The position numbers and the translations under genes are program-made. The notes under the pieces are model-generated. The model did not search any database. It saw nothing but the letters and a program-made list of their open reading frames with translations, and was not told the DNA's origin. 64,000 bases of DNA. Origin: a virus (taxonomy: Duplodnaviria; Heunggongvirae; Uroviricota; Caudoviricetes). Positions 9,633 through 19,615 of the stretch are shown here, one piece after another. The stretch lies in IMG/VR virus record IMGVR_UViG_2740892427_000001. One strand, written 5' to 3'. How positions within the stretch are numbered: the first letter of the stretch is position 1; each line of letters starts with the position of its first letter.

Positions 9633-10442
9633 TCATCCAATAGTGTACTCCGCGACAAACTTCTTAACGATCGGTGATTCTTCGTTCAATGTTAGATTTC
9701 CACCGTCTCTAACGGCAATTCCTGTCGCTGGAAATACAGCCATCATTTGCCCAGCCTGAGTTGACGCAGTGTTAAGCGGATACGGTTTTTCTGGATTGCT
9801 CATTAAAGCAATCTTAATACTATTACTTGTAGCCTTCTTTTCTGTGAGAAGGTGTCTCATGGAAATTACCGTGTAAACACTAATATCTGGACCTCCGCTA
9901 AACCAATTAAGAAGGTTTAATATCTTATCCTTTGCTTTGACAGGCGCGTTATCGTAAGCGTCTAAGAAAATATCTTTTTCTAAGCCCGCTTTATTGAAAA
10001 ACGAATCATCTTTATCACTTAAAGTAAAACGAGGACCTCTTGCAGTACGAGCTTTTTTATTTGTATTGCTATCATTTGACTGTTGAACTTTTAATTCATC
10101 ATTAACCTCAACACACTCTTCAACCTCAATAAATCCCAATTGTTCTGGCTCGTTTTCGGCAGATTCAACACTTTCAGCGTTAATTACGTTTATAGGCTCA
10201 TGCGCTAACTCCAACTCATTTAAAGCAGAGCTGAAATCACCTGCTTTTTCTTCATTGAACAGTTCTTCGGCAACATCATCAGAACTCATGGCTACGCCAG
10301 CATCGAGGCCGAGCAGCAGATCGTCAATATCATCAGTATTTTCAACCTGTGCGGCTTTCTTTACTGGTTCATCAAGTGATTGCAACATGGCTGTCAGCTC
10401 GTCCAGATCATCATTTGTCATTACATTTTCAACCGAACTCAT
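9633..10442 (-). CDS. highly acidic hypothetical protein (269 aa)
   Basis: N-terminal ~130 aa strongly Asp/Glu-rich (DDLDEL..., NEPEQLGFIEVEECVEVNDE). Confidence 0.55.
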   Translation of the reverse strand: MSSVENVMTNDDLDELTAMLQSLDEPVKKAAQVENTDDIDDLLLGLDAGVAMSSDDVAEELFNEEKAGDFSSALNELELAHEPINVINAESVESAENEPEQLGFIEVEECVEVNDELKVQQSNDSNTNKKARTARGPRFTLSDKDDSFFNKAGLEKDIFLDAYDNAPVKAKDKILNLLNWFSGGPDISVYTVISMRHLLTEKKATSNSIKIALMSNPEKPYPLNTASTQAGQMMAVFPATGIAVRDGGNLTLNEESPIVKKFVAEYTIG

Positions 10443-10600
10443 GTAAGTCTCCTTCTGTTTGGTTACATTTGCGTTTCGATGGCTACATTTTGACTAAACC
10501 TATCAGGCGGAAAAGTATTAAATACAGGCAGGAAATGATTGAAAGGCGACTGTTCTTTAAAAGAAAGCCTACTTTAAACTTTTTAAAGTAGGCTTTTGTT

Positions 10601-11155
10601 TTACACAATTTCAGAGGGTAATTTAAAAAATCCGTACTTATTACGTGCCTTAAAGAAGCATTGCATCATTAAGTTTGTGTCATATAAGGCACTATGTGCT
10701 TTGGCATGATCGTATATAAAGCCAAGAGAGAAGGCCAACTCTTCAAGGCGGGGACGTTTACCGTCTTCTGTGGCCCACAGGGAAAATATAGTGTCAATCA
10801 ATGGGATGTCTGGAAGCGAAAAACCGTAACTTTTCAGCTCATGCCTAATAAACGGAATATCGAACGCTTCGCCGTTGTGGGCTATCCAAATATCGGAAGA
10901 AGAGAGATACGAAGCGACAGATGAAGCGTGATCGGCTAGTAACGGCTCGGCGGCTAAATCTTCAAGACTGATGCCGTGTACCGCTTGCGCTTTCGGATCG
11001 ATACTGCGACGCGGGTTGAACCGCATTACAAAACTATCAACCATTGTCTGTGTCTCCAGTTCATAGCGGGTAATTGCGATTTCAATAATTTTATGACCAG
11101 CAAGGAAATCCAGTCCCGTAGACTCGATATCGATGCCTGCAACAATCGTTGTCAT
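10601..11155 (-). CDS. DnaQ-like 3'-5' exonuclease (DEDDh, Pol III epsilon-like)
   Basis: Exo I GIDIESTG, Exo II HNGEAFDIPF, Exo III HSALYDT. Confidence 0.8.
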   Translation of the reverse strand: MTTIVAGIDIESTGLDFLAGHKIIEIAITRYELETQTMVDSFVMRFNPRRSIDPKAQAVHGISLEDLAAEPLLADHASSVASYLSSSDIWIAHNGEAFDIPFIRHELKSYGFSLPDIPLIDTIFSLWATEDGKRPRLEELAFSLGFIYDHAKAHSALYDTNLMMQCFFKARNKYGFFKLPSEIV

Positions 11156-11164
11156 CAGAACTCC

Positions 11165-11584
11165 TTACAACTTCTTAGCGCCCTTAAGTAGTGCGCTACG
11201 TACAAATTGAGCCGCTTTTTTCAAAGTTTCTTCACTGGTTTCACAGACAATCGGATCTTTCCACTTACCTGACACAGTGTTGAGAATATTGATTTGGTTG
11301 CTATCCAGACAAACAGAGATATAAAGCACCGTGCCACCAGCCAGCATCAAATGCATAGGAAACAGAGGCTTTTTACTGCCTTCACTGAACTGAGACATGG
11401 CGATGTTAATGGCTTCACCCACTTGTGTACCAACAAGCCCCTGCGCAGTTTCGAATATGGCACGAATAGCCAGACGAGCCTCTCGATCGCTCATAAGCGA
11501 CCGGGAATGTTCGTCCGCTACACGAATCAAAGCCTCTGTTGTTTTCCGATCCAGTTCATCTTCAAGCAACATTTCACTAAACAT
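11165..11584 (-). CDS. hypothetical protein (139 aa)
   Basis: ORF. Confidence 0.5.
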   Translation of the reverse strand: MFSEMLLEDELDRKTTEALIRVADEHSRSLMSDREARLAIRAIFETAQGLVGTQVGEAINIAMSQFSEGSKKPLFPMHLMLAGGTVLYISVCLDSNQINILNTVSGKWKDPIVCETSEETLKKAAQFVRSALLKGAKKL

Positions 11585-11645
11585 TTTTTATCCTTAACCC
11601 ATTTTGAGAGTTTTATTGTCGCAATGTCGAAGAGGCGAACAATTT

Positions 11646-12290
11646 CTAATGAACGGTCACTCGGCCACAGAACCGGTTTTCTATCTTTTCTACAGCGTTA
11701 TCTAGCATTCTCATCACTGATCTGGCTCTTGCTTCAACTGTGCGATACCGGTTGGAAACGACGAAGGTTTGCAGATCTCCCCTTTGCGGATGCAGGTGAA
11801 TTTTTGTCAGTTCCCCGCACATCAACGCATCAATACGAGCGACATACAGACGGTCTAATGATGCTCGTTGTGACCGCAAGTAATCTCGCTCTGAGAGAGC
11901 GACCCCCGGGCGTAGGCCAGCAATGGCGTTAAAGTTTGAAATAGCAGTTTTGTGGCAAAACTTTTCGATATCGAGGGCTAACTCAATACACCGATCTTCA
12001 TTTGTATGGCCGACCAAATCCAACGTGTAGGCCATAACATCAGCAGGTGTGCGATCGATAACAAAGCCTTCAACACCACGCGTAAGTAGCTCTATATGCT
12101 TTGCTATTTCCATTTGAATCTGAAGCCGCTCATATAGAGGCATAGAATCACCTACTCGAACACCGAGGCGGCTCATCAAACTTCCGACACCAGCATCCAC
12201 GTAAGGGATTCCGTAATGTTTGTCGATATATTTAGCCAGGGTTGTTTTCCCACTGCCCTGAGCACCAGTGATCCCAATCCGGTAATCCAT
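11646..12290 (-). CDS. P-loop nucleotide kinase (putative dNMP kinase)
   Basis: Walker A GITGAQGSGKTT at N-terminus; sits in the nucleotide-metabolism cluster. Confidence 0.55.
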   Translation of the reverse strand: MDYRIGITGAQGSGKTTLAKYIDKHYGIPYVDAGVGSLMSRLGVRVGDSMPLYERLQIQMEIAKHIELLTRGVEGFVIDRTPADVMAYTLDLVGHTNEDRCIELALDIEKFCHKTAISNFNAIAGLRPGVALSERDYLRSQRASLDRLYVARIDALMCGELTKIHLHPQRGDLQTFVVSNRYRTVEARARSVMRMLDNAVEKIENRFCGRVTVH

Positions 12291-12766
12291 TACGACCTTC
12301 TGTATACGATCTGCGAAAAGCCAGGCTCTTCCTCGCTGGCTCGTTGGGTATAAGCTGTTTCAACAGGCACAAAGCCTAAGTTACGCATCATGCTTGCCGG
12401 GAAGAAGGCATCGGCGTTTGGTACATCAACGCCGATGTGGGAGAGCCAAATCTCTTCAACATGCGGCATGAATAGCGAGTAAATTTGTTCCCCGCCAATC
12501 ACCCACACAGGCTCTGGTAATCGCAACACATCATCCACACCAGCAGGGTAGAATCCATTTGGTACAAAGCCATGAGAGCGCGTCAAAACGAGGTTATGAC
12601 GCTCTGGAAGAGGGCGTTTGAGACTTTCCATCGTTTTACGCCCCATAACGACAGTGGCGTTTTTGGTGAGTCTCTTAAATAGCTTCAGATCGGTAGAACA
12701 ACGCCAGGGCAGTTCGTTCGCTATGCCGATCTCATAGTTACGGCCAACAGCAGCGATCATCTTCAT
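12290..12766 (-). CDS. folA: dihydrofolate reductase
   Basis: MIAAVGRNYEIG...LPW...VVMGRKT...RPLPERHNLVLTRS...WVIGGEQIY match DHFR throughout. Confidence 0.85.
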   Translation of the reverse strand: MKMIAAVGRNYEIGIANELPWRCSTDLKLFKRLTKNATVVMGRKTMESLKRPLPERHNLVLTRSHGFVPNGFYPAGVDDVLRLPEPVWVIGGEQIYSLFMPHVEEIWLSHIGVDVPNADAFFPASMMRNLGFVPVETAYTQRASEEEPGFSQIVYRRS

Positions 12767-13176
12767 TTGCTCACCTCATAGATGACCGGTCGATGGTGAG
12801 AGTCGGCTAAAGCGGCACGGAGTCGAGGATCGTGCACCAGCGCAGCGATAAGCAGATCGCCTTTATGCTCCGCTAATGTGCGCTTAATATGCTTCTCATA
12901 ACTGGTGCCATTCGGTACGAGATGAAGCCAGTCATAATCAACGCCAAAATCTTTCAGCCATCGTTTAGTTGGCGCTTCAAGAGTTTCAGAGCGGCTACTG
13001 ATAAGCACCACTTCAGCCCCTGAGCGAGCAAAACCACGCAACATACGGCTGGTGGGGAAAATGAGTTCATCACCGGCAATGAGCTGGCCTGCATCCGCGT
13101 CAGATACTGATTTACGATGGCTGGCATTTGCCAGCACACCTTCAATTTCGCATAAGACATACATACCTCTTGCCAT
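12763..13176 (-). CDS. hypothetical protein
   Basis: start moved to ATG 13176 (ATGGCAAGAGG) to remove a 47-nt overlap with thyA; no confident motif. Confidence 0.4.
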   Translation of the reverse strand: MARGMYVLCEIEGVLANASHRKSVSDADAGQLIAGDELIFPTSRMLRGFARSGAEVVLISSRSETLEAPTKRWLKDFGVDYDWLHLVPNGTSYEKHIKRTLAEHKGDLLIAALVHDPRLRAALADSHHRPVIYEVSK

Positions 13177-13177
13177 A

Positions 13178-14281
13178 TCACACCGCCACTGGAACCTTGA
13201 TCCACGGTAGAGGGTCATAGCCAAGAATTAAAACCTCGTCCCATTTGAAATCATCCAACTCTGACCATTCATGAGGGAAAATAACGACCGGATCTGAATG
13301 CTCTGGAGCCTGTCGTTTCATTAGCTCACACACACCTTCCATGTGGTTGTTGTACAAATGCACGTCAAAGCCAAAATGCACAAATGCACCGGCCATGTGA
13401 CCCGTAATCTTCGCGAGAAAATGAGTGAGAATGCCATAGCCAGCAATATTGAATGGCATACCAACAAAAGTGTCTACGCTACGCTGTACGAGGCAGGAGT
13501 TGAGGATGCGTTTGGGGATTCCAAGTTCATCCAGTTCAGCTTCAGTAACACTGCCGTCCATCTCCAGATCGTATAGCATCTTGGTGTAGATAGACTCGTA
13601 ACCGAGGCGACTGTGTTGAAGACCAATGTCAGTTGCCATCGTTAAACGGGTTTCAAAATCCAGCTCACGACTCCACAAAGAGAAGACAAAGTGGCAAGGT
13701 GGCAGTTTCATATCCTCAAGCTCGCCTACGTTCCATGCGTTAAGCATGATGCGACGATCGGTAGGGTTCGTGCGCAGTGTATCGACAATACGCTGTAGCT
13801 GATCGATTTCACGGGACAGCACTACGCGATCTTCACTGATACCCAGGTATCCCTCGACTTTGTACCCGCGTTCACGGAAAGTAGCGATCTTGCTCAGATA
13901 TTCACTATGGCTCACGATGCGGGTATCTTCCCATCGACGCCACTGCTTACCGTAAACCGGCCCCAAATCGCCATTCTCATCGGCCCATGCATCCCAAATC
14001 TTAACGCCGTTATCCTTGAGAAATTGGATGTTGCCCGTGCCTTTCAGATACCACTCAAGTTCGACAAGTAGTGGCTTAAGATTTACCGCCTTTCCAGAAA
14101 TAAGCGGCACAGTCCCACCAGTAAGCATGTAGTAAGAGGGAACGTAGCAGGTGCTTAAAGTGCCAGTGCCTGTGCGATCATCAGCCTGCACGCCGCTTTT
14201 AAGCACCGTCTCAATAACTTTTGCATACGATGCGTTTGTTACCTGACCGTTCGTATGCTCTCGATTCAAAAGGAGTGACAC
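13178..14281 (-). CDS. thyA: thymidylate synthase (ThyA family, extended 367-aa form)
   Basis: DRTGTGT, DLGPVYGKQWR, catalytic LPPCH, PFNIAGYGILTH, GYDP; roughly 100 aa longer than E. coli ThyA. Confidence 0.85.
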   Translation of the reverse strand: MSLLLNREHTNGQVTNASYAKVIETVLKSGVQADDRTGTGTLSTCYVPSYYMLTGGTVPLISGKAVNLKPLLVELEWYLKGTGNIQFLKDNGVKIWDAWADENGDLGPVYGKQWRRWEDTRIVSHSEYLSKIATFRERGYKVEGYLGISEDRVVLSREIDQLQRIVDTLRTNPTDRRIMLNAWNVGELEDMKLPPCHFVFSLWSRELDFETRLTMATDIGLQHSRLGYESIYTKMLYDLEMDGSVTEAELDELGIPKRILNSCLVQRSVDTFVGMPFNIAGYGILTHFLAKITGHMAGAFVHFGFDVHLYNNHMEGVCELMKRQAPEHSDPVVIFPHEWSELDDFKWDEVLILGYDPLPWIKVPVAV

Positions 14282-14365
14282 AAAAACCTCACAAAGATAA
14301 GTAATTACTTATTCATCGTGTGAGTTTACATTCATTGAGAGAACAAGACCAGACAGATAAAAAAA

Positions 14366-14384
14366 TGGTGGCCATAGGCCACCA
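14366..14384. terminator. stem-loop TGGTGGCCataGGCCACCA after an A7 run
   Basis: 8-bp stem. Confidence 0.5.
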
Positions 14385-14451
14385 AAACGAATAGTCATTC
14401 CAGAGTTTTATTACGCATGTTAAATATACACAGATAGATAACTACCTACAA

Positions 14452-15321
14452 TTATTTTTTGATCATTCCGTACATTGCTGAGGCTTTAGCTTGCTCAACA
14501 AAGGAGGATAAATCGACATCACTATAGGTTGGAGACTTCAGAATCTTTCCATCGGAAATTCGAAAACCGATCATCTTATCGGTGCCATCAGCATGGCGGA
14601 ATCCCAGATCTGAAGAGTCGTATTTGCAGTTGGCCACAGCCTGGCGACGTTCCTCAACATCAGCAGGCCATAATTTTGTCATGTTAGACCGATGAATTTC
14701 GCCAACCAGCTCGACGACATTGATACCGAGGAAATCAGCCAGTCGATAAGTCATCATGCACGCCACATAGATTTTGTTCATTACACGGCGCAGTTCCTGA
14801 ATCAGCTCAGAATCCTTAACAGTCTTCTTCTCAAGTTTATCTGCCAGCTCTTCGAGCATACATGACGCCTCACGAGCTTCCTGAAATGGCATTGCCATAT
14901 CATCGAAAACAGTGTTACCGGGCACAAAAATTGTCTGCATAAAGCGATCAATGCTCTGTTCCTGCGTGTAATAGGTCATGCCGGTAGAAATACCACCTTT
15001 GATGGAGACCATCGTACCAACACCAACGTATAAAAAGTCGGCCATTGCATCCAGCAGTTGCTCAATATCCCCATTCATTGCGGCTGGAATACCTTCCACT
15101 ACAGCTTCTTCATGAATCAGGCTTGCACGGAGACGAAGCAGCTCTGGTGTCGGCATAACGCGTCTCGGATGCTGGAAGAGTTCATGAAACTGATCGACCA
15201 TCTTGTAAATACTTTCAGTGGCTACACCATGGCCTTCATGCAACTCATATGGTTCTGGCTTAAATCCAATGAGTCGATCGGTGGCAAGTTTCAGGTGGTC
15301 AGTCAGTTTGGTAAAGTTCAT
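14452..15321 (-). CDS. putative all-alpha NTP pyrophosphohydrolase (MazG/HisE-like)
   Basis: start moved from 15519 to ATG 15321 (RBS AAGGAA) to clear nrdB; EEAVVEG...DIEQLLDAMADFLYV acidic helix pattern; weak assignment. Confidence 0.35.
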   Translation of the reverse strand: MNFTKLTDHLKLATDRLIGFKPEPYELHEGHGVATESIYKMVDQFHELFQHPRRVMPTPELLRLRASLIHEEAVVEGIPAAMNGDIEQLLDAMADFLYVGVGTMVSIKGGISTGMTYYTQEQSIDRFMQTIFVPGNTVFDDMAMPFQEAREASCMLEELADKLEKKTVKDSELIQELRRVMNKIYVACMMTYRLADFLGINVVELVGEIHRSNMTKLWPADVEERRQAVANCKYDSSDLGFRHADGTDKMIGFRISDGKILKSPTYSDVDLSSFVEQAKASAMYGMIKK

Positions 15322-15398
15322 GCTAGTTTTGTTCCTTCTTAATTCTTGTGATCCATTGTGGCCCAGCGTTGCCAGGCCACATAATGCTTTGTATCGGT

Positions 15399-16541
15399 TT
15401 ACAGGTCTGCAAACTGGCTTAGAGAAGCCTTGTCCACGGTAGAATCGATCTGACCTACCAGATATGTGCTTTGCTCTGCCTCTTGTGGTGCAATTTGCAG
15501 TGTGTCGGTTAACAACCACTTGTTCATCCAGACCAGCGGATCAGTGGTAACTTCTGGAAATAAAGCCTTCAGGCCAAGACGATTCATAGCCAGATTGGTT
15601 CGGTATTTTACATAGGTCTTCAGAATATCCGCGTTTAAACCAATCATCGAACCGTCTTTGAAGAGATAGTCTGCCCAGTTCATTTCTTGTTCGGCGACTG
15701 ATTTCATGGTGTCGTAAATGACGTTTTCTTCATCAGCAGCAATCTCTTTCCACAATAAACCTTCGCGACCGGTACGCATGAAGCGGATCATGCGTTCAGT
15801 TCCTTCGCAATGCAGAGCTTCATCACGGGCAATAAAGCGCATAATTTTGGTGTTACCCTCAAGCAACTTCCGTTCGCCAAAGGCAAACGTACATGCAAAA
15901 CTTACATAGAAACGGATCGCCTCAAGCGCATTAATGGACACTAACGTGCGGAAAAGCTGACGGTGCAAAGGGTATGGCTCCCAGCCATATTCATTTACGT
16001 ACAGACGTTCAAACTCTTTCTCACCTAACGACTGGCGCTCGCAGGTCATCCCATAAAGCCTGTCATATTCAGCAGAGATACTGATCGCTCGGTTGATGAT
16101 TTCTTCATCCGTAACAATACCGTCAAAAACAATGCTCGGATCGTCCACCATGCCACGAATAATGTGGGTGTAGCTGCGGCTATGGATAGTCTCAGAGAAA
16201 GACCATGTTTCAACCCACGTTTCCAGTTCAGGAATAGAGATAAGCGGCAGCAGCGTTGCATTTGGGCTACGTCCCTGAACTGAATCGAGCAACGTTTGAT
16301 AACGGAGATTACTCAGGAAAATGTGGCGTTCGTGGTCCCGCAGCTTCGTATTGAAGTCGATGCGATCGCTCGAAATATCAACTTCTTCCGGCCGCCAGAA
16401 GAAAGACAATTGACGTTCAATCAACTTTTCAAAATCACGGTATTTTTGTTGATCGTAACGAGCCACGTTGACAGATTGTCCGAGGAACATAGGCTCTTTG
16501 GTTGCATCATTAGCACCCAAACGGAACGTTGAATATGACAT
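15399..16541 (-). CDS. nrdB: ribonucleotide reductase class Ia beta subunit
   Basis: 380 aa, close to enterobacterial NrdB in length and motifs ([13 protein letters not shown]-terminal tail). Confidence 0.9.
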   Translation of the reverse strand: MSYSTFRLGANDATKEPMFLGQSVNVARYDQQKYRDFEKLIERQLSFFWRPEEVDISSDRIDFNTKLRDHERHIFLSNLRYQTLLDSVQGRSPNATLLPLISIPELETWVETWSFSETIHSRSYTHIIRGMVDDPSIVFDGIVTDEEIINRAISISAEYDRLYGMTCERQSLGEKEFERLYVNEYGWEPYPLHRQLFRTLVSINALEAIRFYVSFACTFAFGERKLLEGNTKIMRFIARDEALHCEGTERMIRFMRTGREGLLWKEIAADEENVIYDTMKSVAEQEMNWADYLFKDGSMIGLNADILKTYVKYRTNLAMNRLGLKALFPEVTTDPLVWMNKWLLTDTLQIAPQEAEQSTYLVGQIDSTVDKASLSQFADL

Positions 16542-16647
16542 GTGTTTTTCCTTTTTCTTTTTTGGTGCGTTTAAACAAGTTGTTATCTTATGTGTTTAAA
16601 CAAGGCTTACAAATCAAAGAGAAGGTGGGGATATCCCCCACCATATG

Positions 16648-18963
16648 TCAGATTTTGCAGGCTCCGTCGCACTCATCTTCTGGCTCGACGGCTACAGCTT
16701 GCGTCAGTGGATTCTGCGGTTCGTCGTCATCACGCTTTCCTGCCCCATCTCTGGTGTTGTGGTAGTAAAGCGTTTTAACTCCCATCTTGTAGGCGAGAAG
16801 CAAATCTGACAGTAGCGTCATCATTGGGACTTTATCGCCTTCAAAGCGAGAAGGGTCATAGTTGGTATTGGCTGAAATAGCCTGGTCAAAGAACTTCTGG
16901 ATGATCGCCACCTTTGTCAGATAGCCGCGGTTGTCCGGCATATCCCACAGGTATTCATACTGTTCCTTCAGTTTTTCAAACTCAGGCACGACCATCTTAA
17001 CGATGCCGTCCTTAGAAGATTTCACCGACACCGGGCCACGAGGCGGTTCGATGCCGTTGGTGGAATTAGTGATCTGGCTGGAAGTCTCGCATGGCATTTG
17101 TGCCGTCAGTGTGGAGTTGCGAAGGCCGTATTTTGCAATACGTTCACGCAGTTCTTCCCACGGCATCTTTAACTCAAAGTTGGTTTCGCCACTTTCGTCT
17201 AATGAAGAACGGTAATGGTCGATCGGCAACTGACCAATTGCGTACTTGGTCTGCTCAAACCAGTCACACTCACCTTTTGCTTCAGCAAGTCGGCAGCTGG
17301 CGTCAAGAAGGTAATACTGGATAGCTTCGAACGTTTCATGCACCAGTTTATTGCCAGCGGTATCAGAATAACGAACGCCATTCTTTGCCAGGTAATAAGC
17401 AAAGTTGGTTACACCAATTCCCAGGCTACGACGAGCTTTGGCAGGCACTTCGGCTGCCTCCATCGGATAGTCTTGATAATCCAGTAACGAATCCAGTGCA
17501 GCAACGGCATAGAACGCCACCTCTTTAAGAGACTCCAGTGAACGGATGGCTCCGAGGTTAAAAGCGGATAAAGTGCATAGCGCGATCTCACCGTTCGGGT
17601 CGTCGGTAAATGCCAGTGGACGGGTGGGTAGAGTGATCTCCATGCACAGGTTTGACTGGCGAACAGGTGCAAGAGCAGGAATGAAAGCGCCATGCTCGTT
17701 AATATGATCGACGTTCGCAATATAAATTCGGCCCGTGGACGCTCGTTCCTGCATCAGAGATGAGAACAGCTCAATGGCAGGTACTGACTTCTTGCGAATT
17801 GAATCATCGGCTTCGTATTTATGGTACAGCTTTTCAAACAGATCCTGGTCTGTGAAGAAGGCTTCGTACATATCAGGCACATCATGCGGGCTGAACAGAG
17901 TGATGTTCTCGCTTCTGACGAGTCGACGGTACATTAGACGGTTACTCATGACGCCGTAATCAAGATGGCGAACGCGGTTTTCATCAATACCACGGTTATT
18001 TTTCACCACCAGCAGACTTTCAACCTCAAGATGCCAAATCGGGTAAAACGCTGTTGCTGCGCCACCACGAACACCACCTTGCGAACAAGATTTAACAGCC
18101 GTCTGGAAATGCTTCAGGAATGGAATAACTCCGGTATGGGTGGCTTCACCATTGCGGATCTCGCTGCCCAGCGCACGGATACGGCCAAAACCAATACCAA
18201 TTCCAGCACGACGTGAAACGTAGTCGATAATTGCGGCTGAAGCTGCACTAATCCCTTTCAGACTATCGCCAGACTCAATCAGCACACAACTGGAGAACTG
18301 ACGGGTTGGAGTACGGACGCCGGCCATGATTGGTGTGGGCAGAGACAGTTTGAACGTACTTGTAACGTCATAGAAACCTTTGACCATCTCCATACGTGTT
18401 TTGCCAGCGCAGTCGTCTTCCCAATTCTGGAACAGACACATGCCTACCAGCATATAGATATGTTGCGGCCCCTCATGAATCTCACCAGTAACACGGTTTT
18501 GAACGAGGTATTTGCTTTGCAACTGCACCGTAGCTGCATAGCCAAAAAGATCGTCACGTTTAGGCTTAATGTAATTGCCGAGTTCTTCGATCTCTTCAAA
18601 TGAATAATGTGTCAGCAAATCCTTGTCATAAACGCCCTTGTTAACGTTCTTGACAATGTGTTGGTGGAAGTTCGGATAGTCGTAACGACCGAAGGCATCT
18701 TTGCGGATTTTAAAAATGTTCAGGCGGGCAGCCACCTGCGAGTAATTTGGTGCATCTGGTGAGATCAAATCAGCGGCAGATTTAACCAAAGCCTCATGCA
18801 ACTGGCTGGTGGTAATCCCATCAAAAATGCTGGCCGCAGCTCCCATTGCTACAGCGGATGCGCTTACACCACGAATGCCTTCTACGCCATACATTACGAC
18901 GCGGTTGTATTTTTCTTCGGATAACGGCTCTGTTTGGCCGTTACGTTTTACGATGCTTATCAT
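16648..18963 (-). CDS. nrdA: ribonucleotide reductase class Ia alpha subunit
   Basis: 771 aa; LVQNRVTGEI, PTRQFSSCVLIE, SNLCMEI, C-terminal ...CDGACKI. Confidence 0.95.
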   Translation of the reverse strand: MISIVKRNGQTEPLSEEKYNRVVMYGVEGIRGVSASAVAMGAAASIFDGITTSQLHEALVKSAADLISPDAPNYSQVAARLNIFKIRKDAFGRYDYPNFHQHIVKNVNKGVYDKDLLTHYSFEEIEELGNYIKPKRDDLFGYAATVQLQSKYLVQNRVTGEIHEGPQHIYMLVGMCLFQNWEDDCAGKTRMEMVKGFYDVTSTFKLSLPTPIMAGVRTPTRQFSSCVLIESGDSLKGISAASAAIIDYVSRRAGIGIGFGRIRALGSEIRNGEATHTGVIPFLKHFQTAVKSCSQGGVRGGAATAFYPIWHLEVESLLVVKNNRGIDENRVRHLDYGVMSNRLMYRRLVRSENITLFSPHDVPDMYEAFFTDQDLFEKLYHKYEADDSIRKKSVPAIELFSSLMQERASTGRIYIANVDHINEHGAFIPALAPVRQSNLCMEITLPTRPLAFTDDPNGEIALCTLSAFNLGAIRSLESLKEVAFYAVAALDSLLDYQDYPMEAAEVPAKARRSLGIGVTNFAYYLAKNGVRYSDTAGNKLVHETFEAIQYYLLDASCRLAEAKGECDWFEQTKYAIGQLPIDHYRSSLDESGETNFELKMPWEELRERIAKYGLRNSTLTAQMPCETSSQITNSTNGIEPPRGPVSVKSSKDGIVKMVVPEFEKLKEQYEYLWDMPDNRGYLTKVAIIQKFFDQAISANTNYDPSRFEGDKVPMMTLLSDLLLAYKMGVKTLYYHNTRDGAGKRDDDEPQNPLTQAVAVEPEDECDGACKI

Positions 18964-18980
18964 GTATCACCAAATAAAGA

Positions 18981-19002
18981 GGGCCACTATATTTAGTGGC
19001 CC
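18981..19002. other. stem-loop GGGCCACTatatttAGTGGCCC in the nrdA 5' region
   Basis: 8-bp perfect stem. Confidence 0.45.
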
Positions 19003-19036
19003 ATGTTAATAGATAAGCACTTACCTATCAATGAAA

Positions 19037-19606
19037 TCAAATGAGAGACTTAAGAACATCGCGCACCTGGCGGAACTGATCCGTTTGCATACCGGTATGG
19101 ATGGCAGCCACCGCATCAGCCAAATGTTCGTTTTTGTTCACGAGAACATCCTGTCCAGATTGCTTACGACGCAGCCACGGTGCTTTAGGGTGTTTTTTCG
19201 TAGCCCACTGGATAATCTCTTCTTTCGATGTAGTAAGTTTATTGCCAACAAAATGCTTGATTTCGTTTGGAGTGACCTGGATCAATGGCTTATCCACACA
19301 CGCAAGTACACCGATACAAATACCGTAAGACGTCTGCGAACGAGAGTTTTGGCTCCCAACCGGTAGTTCACAAAAAACCATATTCGCCTTATCAATGATT
19401 GGCTTCGCAACACGCCATATTTCACTGGCACGGCGCAGATCGTCACTGTTCACACGAACAGTCTTTTTGTTACTCCCCGCTTTAGTCTCAACAAGAGTAA
19501 GGCCGTGAATCTCAAGTTCGTCCGTTTCAAGGTCTAAAGTGCCCACAGCAAGCCCAAAGTTGCTCATAGAGGGATCAACACCAACTACGCTGATTTTTTT
19601 ACTCAT
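19037..19606 (-). CDS. RuvC-like Holliday junction resolvase (putative)
   Basis: N-terminal VVGVDPSMSNFGLAV resembles RuvC IxGIDPG motif; ~190 aa. Confidence 0.5.
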   Translation of the reverse strand: MSKKISVVGVDPSMSNFGLAVGTLDLETDELEIHGLTLVETKAGSNKKTVRVNSDDLRRASEIWRVAKPIIDKANMVFCELPVGSQNSRSQTSYGICIGVLACVDKPLIQVTPNEIKHFVGNKLTTSKEEIIQWATKKHPKAPWLRRKQSGQDVLVNKNEHLADAVAAIHTGMQTDQFRQVRDVLKSLI

Positions 19607-19615
19607 ATAGTCTCC

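Noticed and set aside
9473-9658. 61-aa ORF 9473..9658
   Set aside because: Spans the bidirectional terminator hairpins at 9526-9591; the translation derives from the stem sequences.
11294-11932. Plus-strand ORFs antisense to large minus-strand genes (e.g. 11294..11932, 33692..34102, 50871..51530, 15058..15342, 63735..63932)
   Set aside because: They lie fully inside well-supported minus-strand genes, lack RBS/promoter context and have low-complexity translations.
14452-15519. 355-aa ORF with N-terminal extension overlapping nrdB
   Set aside because: The first 66 codons overlap the nrdB 3' end without an RBS; an internal ATG at 15321 has an AAGGAA RBS, so the gene was shortened to 14452..15321.
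16648-18963. Inteins or introns in nrdA, nrdB, thyA or dnaE
   Set aside because: nrdA, nrdB and dnaE have near-canonical lengths with contiguous motifs; thyA is longer, but its insertions lack intein terminal signatures (no Cys/Ser start, no His-Asn end) and the frame is continuous.
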